This document shows positions 37,939 to 49,453 of a stretch of 64,000 nt of DNA, one piece after another. Every line of letters starts with the position of its first letter. The stretch's first letter is position 1. Under the pieces are notes generated by a model that saw only the letters and a list, made by a program, of their open reading frames with translations, did not search any database and was not told the origin of the DNA. Both the position numbers and the translations under genes were made by a program. The stretch is from a virus, in the IMG/VR virus record IMGVR_UViG_3300025070_000019, positions 32,642 to 96,641 of that record. One strand, given 5' to 3'.

Positions 37939-40833
37939 TTATTTCATTCCTATATCAATAGAATAAATTAAAGGAGAAAAGAAATTTTCTAATCCACTTA
38001 GATTGAGGTTGTCTTTATTTTTAAACCAAATAAATTTAATAGAATTATTTATAGAAGATAAACCTTCTGTATAAACATCAATGCTGCGTTTATTTACAAT
38101 AAGATCTTCTACTTCTTTCATTAAACTATATTCTAAACCTAATCTTCCTACATTGTAGGTTATGTTTTTATCTTGAATATTCTGTATATCCTCAGAAGTA
38201 TACAGAATACCTTCGCTATAGTCTACACTAAACCGTTTTGTGTTTTTAGTTTTTTTGTTCTGATACCAATAAGATACATAGTAATTGTTTAAAGTTTTAG
38301 ATCTTAAATTTTCAGCAAACGTAATTGTAACAACTCTATCTTCTATACCAATTGACGAAGTACTTATTTCATCTCCAAGTATATCATAAACTTCTACATT
38401 TAATTGATTCTCTCTATACGGTATTTCTCTTATAGTAAATTTAATGGTATTTTCATTACTCACTTGTAAACTAGGTATATAATCTTTTTCTATTTTTTCT
38501 AAACCTAAAAATTCACTATACCCGTCAATAAAATCTATTTCTTCAAAATCTACGCTTTCACCAAAAAAATTTTTATCTAGATAAACACTACCTTCTACTA
38601 TATTTGTATTTGATAGTAAAAATGTATTGTCTCTATTGTCATATGCAACAGTGTTTCTAGTATCTGAGTAACTGCCATCAAACAAATAGTAATTTGTATT
38701 TTGATTATCTATAGATTCTGTTATCTCTTTAAATGTTATACTATCAGGTTTTATATAAATACCTTTAATCCTGTTGTCTTGAGACCATACTTCAAAATCA
38801 TTTTTATCTATTTCTTCTATATTATAGTATCTATAACTGATTCTAGTTTCATTAGTTGCCTCATAATAAAGAATACCATAAGTATTGTTTATTATGAATT
38901 GGTCACTAGTTAATTCTACCCAACTATTATTTACTAGTGTTTTGATTTTTAAACTATTAACATCAATGTAATTGTGTTTTAAAAAATGCCTTTTATTACC
39001 TAACTTAAGTATGTACTCTACTTTATCTGATTCGAATACAATTGATTTTAATTTAATGTTCTTTTTATCATAATCAAATATTTCGTTAATACGTACGTAA
39101 TAACCTTCTGGTTTTTTAATTAAAGTAGGTACTATAGGTTTCAAAGCATAACTTATTACTAAATTTCTATTCAAAGTATTATTTATAACAATTGTATGAC
39201 CATCAATATCTAAAAAATATTTATTATAATTAGTTTCTTCTTCACTAAATTCCAACTCAGTTAATGATTGAACTCTACTCCAAGTTTCTTCATTAACATC
39301 TAATATCAGATCATTGTAATCAATATTGAATTCATTTAGATTTATTGGCAATCTAAATGAACTTACTCCGTTATTGTTTATTTCTTTTATGAAAGATAGC
39401 TTTTCACTATCAAAGGAACGGTTAGCTAAGTTAGGTTGAAAAACTTTAAGACTATTATCTATCTGCTTTTGATCAAAGTTATAGCTAATAGGAGATACAT
39501 CTTTAGTAAATGTATTTAGGATAGTATCAATAGATACAAAGAACTCTTCATTTGAATAAGAATTAAGTTTTCTAAATTTATCTTCATCTTTTTTTAGATT
39601 AATTTTATATACTAATTCTTTGCTTTCACCATTAAGAATCTTTGTTTCGCTCTTGTCTTTTATAAAGTTTAACTTTTCAAATTCAGCACCGTTATTTTCT
39701 GAAAGCTTAAACTCTGTTTCATATGCAGAATTTTCTTTTGGATATTGATTTACATTAGCATTTAGTAAGAATAAGTTAGGCTGGGTATTTATTTTAGTAC
39801 TAGATATTTCACCTTCTATTTGATAAGTGTTACGCAAAAATTTTAGCTCACGTAAATATATAGAAAAGATTTTTATATCATCTACTAGTTTAAATTCATT
39901 GCTTTCTAGTTCTAAAGTAACTCTCTCAGCATAAACAGGTAAATGTTTTACAACTAAAGTATCTTCAGTTAAATAATCATCAAAGTTTAGGCTTTGATGA
40001 TTTGTATCAATTACATTTTTTAGATTTACAATACCATTTGTAGAGGATTCAAAAGACATATTGTTTATTTTAAAGTTAGTACTAATAAAATTATTAGTGC
40101 GGCTTATTTGAAACTCATTTATTATTTGTTCAGAATCAAATTCCATAATCAATACTAACTTTACAGGACCTTTACCTACTTTAAAAAACTCAAATCCTGA
40201 TGCAATATTTTTATTTATAATGTTATATACAAGTTTATTAGTTCCTGTATTATAGTTACCAGGAATACCTTTTGACTGTTTAGATATGTATATTTTTTTA
40301 ATCCCTACATTATGTGTTTCTTTTATAGGTAATGTAAGAACTTTAGCAACAGTATCTACAGATAAAGCTGTCTTCATATTTCTTTGAAATGAAAGATTAT
40401 ACATGTTAAAGAAGTTTTCTTTAATTGAAAACTTCTTTTCTACGTCAAAGCTCAATAGTGATTCTAACTTTTGTTTAAGTTCATTTAGTTTAGATTGTAT
40501 ACTTAACTTTTTAAATTCTACTTGTTGGCTATAGTCTACGATTGAATTAGTTAGATCTTCAGTCCTGTATTGCAACTCAAACATCTTTAAATCAAAATAT
40601 TCTTTAATTATATTTTGATTACTTAAGTCTAATTGTTTAAATGCGTTAGGATAACTAATCTTGCTTTCTAATAACTCTTTATAATCTTTAAAACTACTAA
40701 ACTGACTATGTTGATTTAGTAATTCTTCTTTAGAAGTATAAAGACTAATGTTAGCTTTCTTTCTTTCAAGAAATTCTTTTAGTAGATCAAATTCAACTTT
40801 ATGACTTTTTTTTAAAACACTATTGAATGACAT
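37939..40833 (-). CDS. Large virion structural protein (paralogue family A)
   Basis: KENFF..VDT..LTLP, PVKLVLIMEF..IN, C-terminal SPLIYSIDI. Confidence 0.6.
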   Translation of the reverse strand: MSFNSVLKKSHKVEFDLLKEFLERKKANISLYTSKEELLNQHSQFSSFKDYKELLESKISYPNAFKQLDLSNQNIIKEYFDLKMFELQYRTEDLTNSIVDYSQQVEFKKLSIQSKLNELKQKLESLLSFDVEKKFSIKENFFNMYNLSFQRNMKTALSVDTVAKVLTLPIKETHNVGIKKIYISKQSKGIPGNYNTGTNKLVYNIINKNIASGFEFFKVGKGPVKLVLIMEFDSEQIINEFQISRTNNFISTNFKINNMSFESSTNGIVNLKNVIDTNHQSLNFDDYLTEDTLVVKHLPVYAERVTLELESNEFKLVDDIKIFSIYLRELKFLRNTYQIEGEISSTKINTQPNLFLLNANVNQYPKENSAYETEFKLSENNGAEFEKLNFIKDKSETKILNGESKELVYKINLKKDEDKFRKLNSYSNEEFFVSIDTILNTFTKDVSPISYNFDQKQIDNSLKVFQPNLANRSFDSEKLSFIKEINNNGVSSFRLPINLNEFNIDYNDLILDVNEETWSRVQSLTELEFSEEETNYNKYFLDIDGHTIVINNTLNRNLVISYALKPIVPTLIKKPEGYYVRINEIFDYDKKNIKLKSIVFESDKVEYILKLGNKRHFLKHNYIDVNSLKIKTLVNNSWVELTSDQFIINNTYGILYYEATNETRISYRYYNIEEIDKNDFEVWSQDNRIKGIYIKPDSITFKEITESIDNQNTNYYLFDGSYSDTRNTVAYDNRDNTFLLSNTNIVEGSVYLDKNFFGESVDFEEIDFIDGYSEFLGLEKIEKDYIPSLQVSNENTIKFTIREIPYRENQLNVEVYDILGDEISTSSIGIEDRVVTITFAENLRSKTLNNYYVSYWYQNKKTKNTKRFSVDYSEGILYTSEDIQNIQDKNITYNVGRLGLEYSLMKEVEDLIVNKRSIDVYTEGLSSINNSIKFIWFKNKDNLNLSGLENFFSPLIYSIDIGMK

Positions 40834-42715
40834 TAGAACTACCTCTAGTTTCTACTTCTACAAAGTCTTCATATTCTATGTATTCTTTTACATTTTCTTC
40901 TAATTCTTCAACTAAAATTCTATATTCTTTTATTAAACTGCTTTCGTTATTCTTAGATAAGTTTCTAAAGATAAATCTAGGTCTTAAAAAGCCGACACTG
41001 TTATTTAACTTCTTATCAAAGACAATCTCATTATTTATATAAGATATTGTTCTTTCATAATTTAAAAAGAATATATTTTCTAGTAAGTATTCTGCTTTAT
41101 AAATAGCATTGTTTGAAGGTTCTGCTTTCATTAATATTTGAATTTCACCTGCTAATTTAAAACTTAAGCTATCTTCTATAGTCTTAACTAATGTGCTGCC
41201 ATCTTCTATATAAGTCGCTCCATCATTAAAAGATATAGAGTAATCATTGCCAATAGTAAGTTTTGTTTCATTCTTATATAAAGAGATACAATCTTTTAGT
41301 TTTAGATTAGTTTTACTTATCAAAGGAAACAGTTTTAAATTGCATTTTTTGTCTATAAAAGTTAATGCTTCTCTTTCGAGAGAAGCATTGTTCGATACAG
41401 GCACTATGAGATTTATACGTGGTGTTTTAGTAAAGTTTTTGTTTTTCTTTTTATATGCTTTGAAATCTTTCTCACCATATAGGACAATATGGCATTCTTT
41501 TTCTACAAAACACTCTTCATCTTCATATAAGTAGTCTTGATCTATAGTAAAGCTTAAAGGTTGGTTAATAAATAAAGGCAGTGCTTCTCTATAGAAACCG
41601 TATCCTTTATACACTTTTCTTTTTATTTCTAATTTAAGTATAGAAAGATCATATACTTTATTTATTTGTTTCTCTTTTATTACAGGATTGTAATTTAAAA
41701 ATGATTTTTGCAACAAGATATTTTCTGTATGCGTTTCAATATCTTCATCTACTAAAGAAGCACTATCGTAATACTTTTCTTGAAATAACTTTATCTTTAT
41801 TTTGTTACTGCGAATTCTATTGAAGTAAATGTTTTTTCTGTTGTAGTTATCTGATTCAGATACATCCTTTACATTCACCCATTGGTTTTCTTCATTGTTG
41901 TAGAAAAGATTAGCAATGTCAAAACGAATAGGTAGGCCCGATGAGCTTTCAATGAATATGTTATTCAATTCTTGATAACCACTAAAATGTATTATCAGTG
42001 ACAATGATACAGGCCGATCTTTTTTGATTTGGCCTGTTTCGTTAAACATATGTTTACCTACAATATAATTAAATACTTTTTCATTTCTATATAAGAACGA
42101 AGTATCTTTAGTTACATCTAGTTGAGTTAAGTTGTCAGAACCGTATGATTCTTCTTCACAGACTTCTATACAAACTATATTTAAGTCTTTTGTTAATCTA
42201 ATTGGTGCTGATATGCAATCAGACTTATAATCTGATTGCATTGAATCTTTAAATGAAAGTTTTCTTTTGTCGTCAAATAAATCGTAAACTTCTAAGAAAT
42301 CTTTTTCTTTAAAAATAGAATAAACTTTTACTTTATTATATTTAGAATTTAATTTTATATTTGTAGCTTTTATTAAAGAATTTAAATTTTTAATGTCTTT
42401 ATTTAAAACTTTTAAGTATTCAATTGTTTTAGTATTAAAAAAATCAACTTGATTATTTATTCTTTTTAAAGATCTTGAAGAATAAAAAAAATAAAACATA
42501 TAATTTTTAAAATCAAAGTTAAAAGTTCTTACATTTAAAGCTTCATTATAATTAGATTTTTTAAAAACCAGATTATTAAAGTTATTTAACTTTGGTAACA
42601 AAAAGGATTCTAACTTCTGTAAATCAGAACCTCTAGAGCTATTTTTTAATGAAAGCCTATATCTACTTGCATCTTGTAGATCTCTACTAAAATCAAATAA
42701 CAACGGATTTATCAT
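40820..42715 (-). CDS. Large virion structural protein (paralogue family A)
   Basis: PVSLSLIIHF..LNNIFIE, C-terminal SLIKEYRILV. Confidence 0.55.
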   Translation of the reverse strand: MINPLLFDFSRDLQDASRYRLSLKNSSRGSDLQKLESFLLPKLNNFNNLVFKKSNYNEALNVRTFNFDFKNYMFYFFYSSRSLKRINNQVDFFNTKTIEYLKVLNKDIKNLNSLIKATNIKLNSKYNKVKVYSIFKEKDFLEVYDLFDDKRKLSFKDSMQSDYKSDCISAPIRLTKDLNIVCIEVCEEESYGSDNLTQLDVTKDTSFLYRNEKVFNYIVGKHMFNETGQIKKDRPVSLSLIIHFSGYQELNNIFIESSSGLPIRFDIANLFYNNEENQWVNVKDVSESDNYNRKNIYFNRIRSNKIKIKLFQEKYYDSASLVDEDIETHTENILLQKSFLNYNPVIKEKQINKVYDLSILKLEIKRKVYKGYGFYREALPLFINQPLSFTIDQDYLYEDEECFVEKECHIVLYGEKDFKAYKKKNKNFTKTPRINLIVPVSNNASLEREALTFIDKKCNLKLFPLISKTNLKLKDCISLYKNETKLTIGNDYSISFNDGATYIEDGSTLVKTIEDSLSFKLAGEIQILMKAEPSNNAIYKAEYLLENIFFLNYERTISYINNEIVFDKKLNNSVGFLRPRFIFRNLSKNNESSLIKEYRILVEELEENVKEYIEYEDFVEVETRGSSNVIQ

Positions 42716-43230
42716 TAGAAACCTCTATCTTCTATTTGTAACCCAATATAAAAGCGTCTTGTTTCAGATAAAGAATTATTAGTAAAACCAATTCTATAAC
42801 TATATACACCTGGAATTGATATATTCTTTATATTTAACAACTCAATACCATTCCCTAATTTAGAACCTCTAGTATAACTAAAATAAACTTTTTCTCTATT
42901 TTCTATAGGAAAATTTTCATCTTCATTAAGAGCAGGAGCTTTAATATATAAACCTGATGGACTATCTGTATTTGATCCCCATAATAAAAGATCTTGATAA
43001 TCAGAATAAGATGATTGTAATCCAGGATAATCTACTTCACCATGATTGGTAGATGGCTGCAAATACATTACAGGGGTTATTGTTGGTAAATTGAAATCAA
43101 CTATATTTATATTGATTGTAATTTCTATACCATTATTTAAATCACCTATAAGTTTTTGACGATCAGAACTCTTTAAGAGTTCTCCATTCTCATTAGTAAA
43201 ATAAAATGTTTTATTAGAGTTACCTATCAT
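42715..43230 (-). CDS. Hypothetical virion protein
   Basis: 171 aa in the morphogenesis operon. Confidence 0.6.
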   Translation of the reverse strand: MIGNSNKTFYFTNENGELLKSSDRQKLIGDLNNGIEITININIVDFNLPTITPVMYLQPSTNHGEVDYPGLQSSYSDYQDLLLWGSNTDSPSGLYIKAPALNEDENFPIENREKVYFSYTRGSKLGNGIELLNIKNISIPGVYSYRIGFTNNSLSETRRFYIGLQIEDRGF

Positions 43231-45203
43231 AGTACTTTTACTCCAGTTACATTGCTTTTAGGATGAGAATCTATTCTAACTGTATAATAATAAGTACCGT
43301 CAGTATCTACATCGTTATCTTCGTATATTATAGAATCAACATATTCTAATTGTTCTACTCTATATATTTCTATTGGATTATCAATAGGAGTTTTACTTCG
43401 TTCTAATATATATGTACCAGGGCCTTCCCATGTGAATGTAATGGATACTTTATTTGCGGATAAACTATCTATTTGTAGTTTACTCTTAGGAAAAGTATAT
43501 TCGATAATAATATCTATATGTGCTGGTAATTTACGTCTAAATAAACGATCTAATTGAGCTTCAGAATAAGTGCCGCCATTTTTACTTAATAAAGAAGCCG
43601 GAGCTTCTATATATAAGATATCATTATTTTGATATACTTGACCTTCTGCTCCATAACCATATTCAGATTGTAATATTTTAAACTGCCTATTGATTATATC
43701 TTCATAATTGCTTTCTTTTAATGGATGCTTTTTTGATACATCAAAATGTAATATCTCATCTACATAAGATATATCGTCATATGTAATTTCACCTAACTCC
43801 ATATAATTTTGATCAATTACATAATCTGCTTTAAAATTACTTAAATACTTACCAATCAAAGAATCATCTTTATTGATTGGAAATTCAGATGATTCAAGTA
43901 TTCTATCTTCTTCATCTAGTAAGAAATGATGTACATGTCTACTTAAATGTTTACCTACAAAAGGTTTTAAGTAAAAGTAATATTTATTATGTATTATCTT
44001 TTCATTTTGGAAAGGATTCAAGTTTACATAATTGTATATGTAAGTATCAGTATTATAATAAAAAGATGCTTCTACAATATGTGTGATGTCAATTGCAGTA
44101 GATAATTCTACAATGCCATTATGTTCATCCCAAGATAATATACCTTCTTCAAACAAAACATCAGATGTAGAAAAACGAGTACCTATTAATCTTAGATCTG
44201 TAGTCAATGCTTTTATTATGTTTTGCTCTTCATTATAAATAAAAACATTCATTTCGATGTTTTCATTTGGATCAATCTTTATTTTGTTTACAGGCAACTT
44301 AATAAGGCTGCTGCTAACTCTAAAACAATCTTTATAATCTAATCGTATTAAGCCGTATATAGGATTGAATGCTTGTCTTTCATACTCAGGTATCTTGTAT
44401 GTTGAGTTATCAAAGCAATATCCATTTGTAATCCTGGGAGTCCATACATTCTTAATAGAGAAAGCTTCAGGTCCTAATAACTGTATTATATTAGTATCTA
44501 AACCTTTTACATATAGCTTATCTTTAGAGCATGCATCTGCATCTTTATTTACTTCATATATAAAATGATTACCAGATTGACTAACTGTATATACATCACC
44601 TTCTAATAAACCAGTATCAATGTCAATGTCTTCCCAAGAAGCTCTCTTAAAACAAGGCTCTACATTAAGCAATTCATTAAAGGAATTGCCATCTGTATCT
44701 ATTCCTGATACATAGTAGATTTTATAATCGCCAGTTCTTTTATTATAAGAATTTATGTAATTAGTATATAAGTAATTACCTTGAATTTTGTAACCATATT
44801 CAACATCTACTGTATCTCCTAAAGATACATAGTAGATGTTAGCTTCTTGTATTTTACGTTTATGTTTATAAAAAAGCGGTTTAGCAATACCTTCTTTATT
44901 TAGATATGTTTTATCACTTATTAGAACGTCTCTAAAAAACAATGAAAACGATTTAGTTTTAAATGAAAAATCATAGTTCTCAAAATAGTTTTCATTATTA
45001 CTAGTTATCTTCCAATGCAATTGGTTGATATTTAAATGATCTTCACTGTTAACTTCATCAGACTCGATATACTCTAATTCTACATTTTTATCATTAATAT
45101 ATTTAGAATATACGATTGAATCTACAGGTTGAGAAACAATTGCTTCTAAGGCAATTGTTTTTTCTTCTTTTCCTTTGTAATTTAATACTTCTAAAGTTAA
45201 CAT
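43227..45203 (-). CDS. Virion protein with a C-terminal FN3-like domain
   Basis: ..TFTW..YILERS..YED..GTYYYTV. Confidence 0.6.
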   Translation of the reverse strand: MLTLEVLNYKGKEEKTIALEAIVSQPVDSIVYSKYINDKNVELEYIESDEVNSEDHLNINQLHWKITSNNENYFENYDFSFKTKSFSLFFRDVLISDKTYLNKEGIAKPLFYKHKRKIQEANIYYVSLGDTVDVEYGYKIQGNYLYTNYINSYNKRTGDYKIYYVSGIDTDGNSFNELLNVEPCFKRASWEDIDIDTGLLEGDVYTVSQSGNHFIYEVNKDADACSKDKLYVKGLDTNIIQLLGPEAFSIKNVWTPRITNGYCFDNSTYKIPEYERQAFNPIYGLIRLDYKDCFRVSSSLIKLPVNKIKIDPNENIEMNVFIYNEEQNIIKALTTDLRLIGTRFSTSDVLFEEGILSWDEHNGIVELSTAIDITHIVEASFYYNTDTYIYNYVNLNPFQNEKIIHNKYYFYLKPFVGKHLSRHVHHFLLDEEDRILESSEFPINKDDSLIGKYLSNFKADYVIDQNYMELGEITYDDISYVDEILHFDVSKKHPLKESNYEDIINRQFKILQSEYGYGAEGQVYQNNDILYIEAPASLLSKNGGTYSEAQLDRLFRRKLPAHIDIIIEYTFPKSKLQIDSLSANKVSITFTWEGPGTYILERSKTPIDNPIEIYRVEQLEYVDSIIYEDNDVDTDGTYYYTVRIDSHPKSNVTGVKVL

Positions 45204-45213
45204 TTATAGTGCC

Positions 45214-48200
45214 TTATGTCCCAGTTTTAATTTTATTTACATTTAAATTTGTTATATCAAATGTAATATTCAATTTAATACTGTCTGAATTTGTTACTTC
45301 TTTTACTTCTAAAATAAAATTTAATCCAAATACATAATTTAAAGTTTCGCTCATTTCAAAAACCCAATCCATGTCATCTACTAAGGCTGTAACACCACTA
45401 TTATTTCCATCCAACCAATGATTTCCAGTACCGCTATATAGATGCAATCTCCATTTATTTTTAAAAGAAGTATTTATTATATTTTTCCTTTTATGATCTA
45501 TATGATAAAAAGCATTTGAAAAAATAGATTTTTTAAAATTTGAAAAGGAACTTAATATATTTTCATTACTAAATAATCTTGGATAAGAAATACTATAATC
45601 AAATTTAGGATAAGAGAATAAACTTAAAATGTTTCTAACTATATATTTTTTTAAGTAGACAGAAAGATTAACATCTTTTTTATATTGTTTTCCTAAATAT
45701 TGATCATTGATCTTAACAAAGATTGGTTTAGTAAAATTTCCATTGGTATTTAAATATGCATTATCGTTTTCAGTATCTATATAATATCCATTAAAATAAA
45801 AATCATTTTCAGAACGTTTTTTAAATTCATTTACATTTGTATAACTGATAACAAAATTAGGTATATTCAACCATTCAATATGTGAATCATTACTATCTGT
45901 TTTCTTTATATCACTTTCTTCATCTTTAATTGTTTTTCTAAAATGAAAATTAATTAAGTTAAACTTAATCACTTCTTTGTTGTATTTACCATCATTTAAA
46001 CTTTTAATTTTAAATCTTCTTGTAACTTCATTATCTGTACGTTCAGCTTGATCAGGTTCTTTTCTTAAAATAGTTATATATTGACTATTTTCACCATAAT
46101 CTTTCCACCTATTGATTCTAGTTTTTATAGGATTTGAATCACTGTTGTGTATACGGTGAATACACTCCTTACCATATGGCAAGGAATATAAATACCTATT
46201 AATAGGGTAATAGCCATATGTATCAGACAAACTATAATCTTCTAAATCGCTATAGCTTTTTAAATCTACTAAATAATTTCTATCACTAATAAAAGACCAA
46301 TAATTGTTTGCATTATCAGGTATTCCGCTATATTGTGCATTTTTTATATGTCCTGCAAAATCCGTATATCTTACAATATTTTGTTTATTATAATTAAAAT
46401 CAGTATCATCACCATTATACAACGAATTATTTGATTGTTGTATTGTATACCAACTAGAATCATTGTCTTCAGAGAATGAAGAATTACTTTCTATGTACGT
46501 ATAATTATCATGCATTTGATGTGTATTTTGTTCATTCTCAAATGAATGAACTAAAATAAAAGTGTAATCATCTTTATTTGTGATAAAACTATTAAAATTT
46601 TCACCTATAATATTAGGTCTTATGTGAAATCTAATAGTATTTCCTAATATTGTATAATCATAATTTTGTTTAGTCCAGTATGGATCTGTGTTTTCTCCAA
46701 AATCAAAAGGTGCTTCCTTGTAAGAGGTTCCATTATTAAATGGTTCATATGACATATGAAAATCATCATAAGTTATAAAATACGGTTTTAACCAATAAAT
46801 TTTATTTGTAGATGTATTTTTTACATAAATTGCAAAATTTTCATTAATTAAAGCTTTTGGATATTTTCTGTGAGTAGTTATGTTTTCAGGTGTATTGTTA
46901 CTATCATTTTCTTCATTTTCAAAAGAAAAATAACCATGAGTAAAAATACCATTTCTAAATTTCCAGTAATCGTGAGCTTGATATGTATCTTGGTTCCAGT
47001 CAATACTATTTATTCTTTCAAATATAACAACTTCTCCATAAGGTTGAAGTTTGTATTGATCTGTAGAATTTTGACTAACGTTTCTAACGGTTTGCAATTG
47101 AATTCTATCTATAGCTTCTGCAATATATGGAGTTGTTTTTAAGTTGTTATTTATGAGACTTGTTATATCTAAATAGTTAAATGTTCGTTTTTCATTTGAT
47201 TTATATTTAAAAATTCTTAAATCATTATCAAGAAAATTATACTCTCCTACATTTTGCGTACTTCCTTGTGTACTTTCTCTTAATATTGTTTGTGTTGTTA
47301 ATACAAATTCACTAAAATTTGTACTACTAGGAGCAAGTTGTTGAAGCTCTCCAAATGATATTACATGTTCATGATTTTCATTTGCTGTAATTTCATTACC
47401 GTCATTATTTAACCAAGGTAAATTAAAATTATTACTACTATCTAATTCTATTTCATCTTTATACTCTAATATAAAGTTATCATCTTCTATAGGTAATATA
47501 TATTCTTTAATATTTAAGTTTTTATAACCAATAGCAGGGCAACCAATTTTATTAGATTCATCACCGTTTTTATATACTTCACCTGCATATACAAGCCATT
47601 CAAACTGGCCTGATTCCTGATTTATTTTATTTAAGTTAGGTCTATAATAATCAGGAGTGTCAGATAACATTCTTGGTTGCAAAGTATATGTATTTTCAAT
47701 ATCCTTACGTATTTGAATGTCTGAATGATCTTTCCAAATTGTTAAATCTGCTTTTGTATTAAATAAACTTGTTGTTTCAAATGTAGTTGAATAATCTAGT
47801 GCATGTTCTTCATCGTTAACTGTATTACTGCCAATAGTATTATCAATAGACTCTCTAGTTTGATAGTAGTATTCTTGATTTGTAAACAATTCTTGAGATC
47901 CGTTTTCGTAACGGATCTTTTTGTTTTGTTCATAATCGTCATAAATATAATTTGCTTTTTCAAAAACATTAGGTGCAGTATTTACTATACTATCAGCAGC
48001 TATTGAATCAATATTGTTATATGAGCTTATTTGTACATTAGGTGCAATATTTGAACCTGTTTTAGGATTTTCTTGACCTTCAATAAAAAGATTAGAATCT
48101 AAATCTCTTTTTATATGTGCTCCATCATTTCCGATACCACCAAATGAAATACTATGACTCAATCCATCTTTTGATTGAACAGGTTGATTTGCAGCATTTT

Positions 48201-49452
48201 GATAGTCAAACTCTGAACGACTCATTAACAATGTACCAAGCATACTATTGTTGCCGTTATTTACGGTTTCATCAGTCATATAACCGATTCTATGCAAATA
48301 CATAGGTAAATGATTGTCTTCTACTGAGGACTTAGAAAACGAAATATCAGGCAATAAGAATCTTACATGTTCTTTTACAAAAATGCCTGCAAGATTTTTA
48401 ATGTTTATACGTTCTTCGCCAAATGTTCCGTCATGTGTGTGACGGAACCATTTTAATCGCAAATCATCAATGCTAGTAGTTATATCAGTAGCAACTGTAA
48501 CTAAAACAAAGTTATGTCCTTCTCCAATACATAAAGAAGCATTTTTAATTTCAATTGTTGTTTCACTTACATAAAAATAATCTGCTGTAAGATAACCTTC
48601 ACCTAAAGTTAAATCCTTCAAGTAAAGACTGTTTAAAGGTATAGCGTCTCCAACAGAAAGACTTTCTGCCATCCATTCAGGTAATTTAATTTGTGATTGA
48701 TAGTTATATTCTTCAGTGTTTAAAAGATCTACATCTTTGAAACCATCTTCATTTGCTAAACCGCTTTGTTGTGCAAAAACTTTAGGTAATTGTATAGTAT
48801 AACTATTGTCTTCACCTGTGACTGGTTCTATCTTTAATTTAGCATCATCTGTATTTGCATTTGTAGATATAAAAATATTTGGATCTGGTATTACATTAAA
48901 TCCTGCTTCAGAGTAGTTAATTCCTCCAAAGTATTCATTAGGGTTCGTAAAATAACTTAATCTTATCTCTTCATTAGTAGGTTTAGCAAATACGATACTA
49001 TTGTTTTCTCTATTATAGTAATACTGATTTTCGTTGCTAAAAGAATTTGAATTAACTTCAATTAGACTAGATGGGTTCAAAGTGAATAAATTGTTATTAT
49101 TTAATTCATAGTTTAATTCATGTTCTTTAGTACCTAAAACTATAGTTTCACTAACTGATTTGCCACTATCTGAATGATCTAGCATTTTTGCATTTAAATT
49201 AGATGCAGGACCTATAATCCTAGCTAAATTAAGTATATCTAAGTTTCTACGTTGACCATTTGTTGCATTCCATTTAGCGGAATGCAATACACCTTCTGGT
49301 CTTACATCGTATACATCTCCAATAGCTCTCGATATATCTTCCATACCTCTACTAAAGTAAGAAACCATTGCATTGAATTTATCAGCAGATGGTCTTTCAC
49401 CTGCTGCAAATCTAATTAAATTTGAAGTAAAAGATTTTAATATATCAGCCAT
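45214..49452 (-). CDS. Large tail-associated protein
   Basis: N-terminal FAAGERPSADKFN, HTHDG motif; 1412 aa. Confidence 0.6.
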   Translation of the reverse strand: MADILKSFTSNLIRFAAGERPSADKFNAMVSYFSRGMEDISRAIGDVYDVRPEGVLHSAKWNATNGQRRNLDILNLARIIGPASNLNAKMLDHSDSGKSVSETIVLGTKEHELNYELNNNNLFTLNPSSLIEVNSNSFSNENQYYYNRENNSIVFAKPTNEEIRLSYFTNPNEYFGGINYSEAGFNVIPDPNIFISTNANTDDAKLKIEPVTGEDNSYTIQLPKVFAQQSGLANEDGFKDVDLLNTEEYNYQSQIKLPEWMAESLSVGDAIPLNSLYLKDLTLGEGYLTADYFYVSETTIEIKNASLCIGEGHNFVLVTVATDITTSIDDLRLKWFRHTHDGTFGEERINIKNLAGIFVKEHVRFLLPDISFSKSSVEDNHLPMYLHRIGYMTDETVNNGNNSMLGTLLMSRSEFDYQNAANQPVQSKDGLSHSISFGGIGNDGAHIKRDLDSNLFIEGQENPKTGSNIAPNVQISSYNNIDSIAADSIVNTAPNVFEKANYIYDDYEQNKKIRYENGSQELFTNQEYYYQTRESIDNTIGSNTVNDEEHALDYSTTFETTSLFNTKADLTIWKDHSDIQIRKDIENTYTLQPRMLSDTPDYYRPNLNKINQESGQFEWLVYAGEVYKNGDESNKIGCPAIGYKNLNIKEYILPIEDDNFILEYKDEIELDSSNNFNLPWLNNDGNEITANENHEHVISFGELQQLAPSSTNFSEFVLTTQTILRESTQGSTQNVGEYNFLDNDLRIFKYKSNEKRTFNYLDITSLINNNLKTTPYIAEAIDRIQLQTVRNVSQNSTDQYKLQPYGEVVIFERINSIDWNQDTYQAHDYWKFRNGIFTHGYFSFENEENDSNNTPENITTHRKYPKALINENFAIYVKNTSTNKIYWLKPYFITYDDFHMSYEPFNNGTSYKEAPFDFGENTDPYWTKQNYDYTILGNTIRFHIRPNIIGENFNSFITNKDDYTFILVHSFENEQNTHQMHDNYTYIESNSSFSEDNDSSWYTIQQSNNSLYNGDDTDFNYNKQNIVRYTDFAGHIKNAQYSGIPDNANNYWSFISDRNYLVDLKSYSDLEDYSLSDTYGYYPINRYLYSLPYGKECIHRIHNSDSNPIKTRINRWKDYGENSQYITILRKEPDQAERTDNEVTRRFKIKSLNDGKYNKEVIKFNLINFHFRKTIKDEESDIKKTDSNDSHIEWLNIPNFVISYTNVNEFKKRSENDFYFNGYYIDTENDNAYLNTNGNFTKPIFVKINDQYLGKQYKKDVNLSVYLKKYIVRNILSLFSYPKFDYSISYPRLFSNENILSSFSNFKKSIFSNAFYHIDHKRKNIINTSFKNKWRLHLYSGTGNHWLDGNNSGVTALVDDMDWVFEMSETLNYVFGLNFILEVKEVTNSDSIKLNITFDITNLNVNKIKTGT

Positions 49453-49453
49453 T

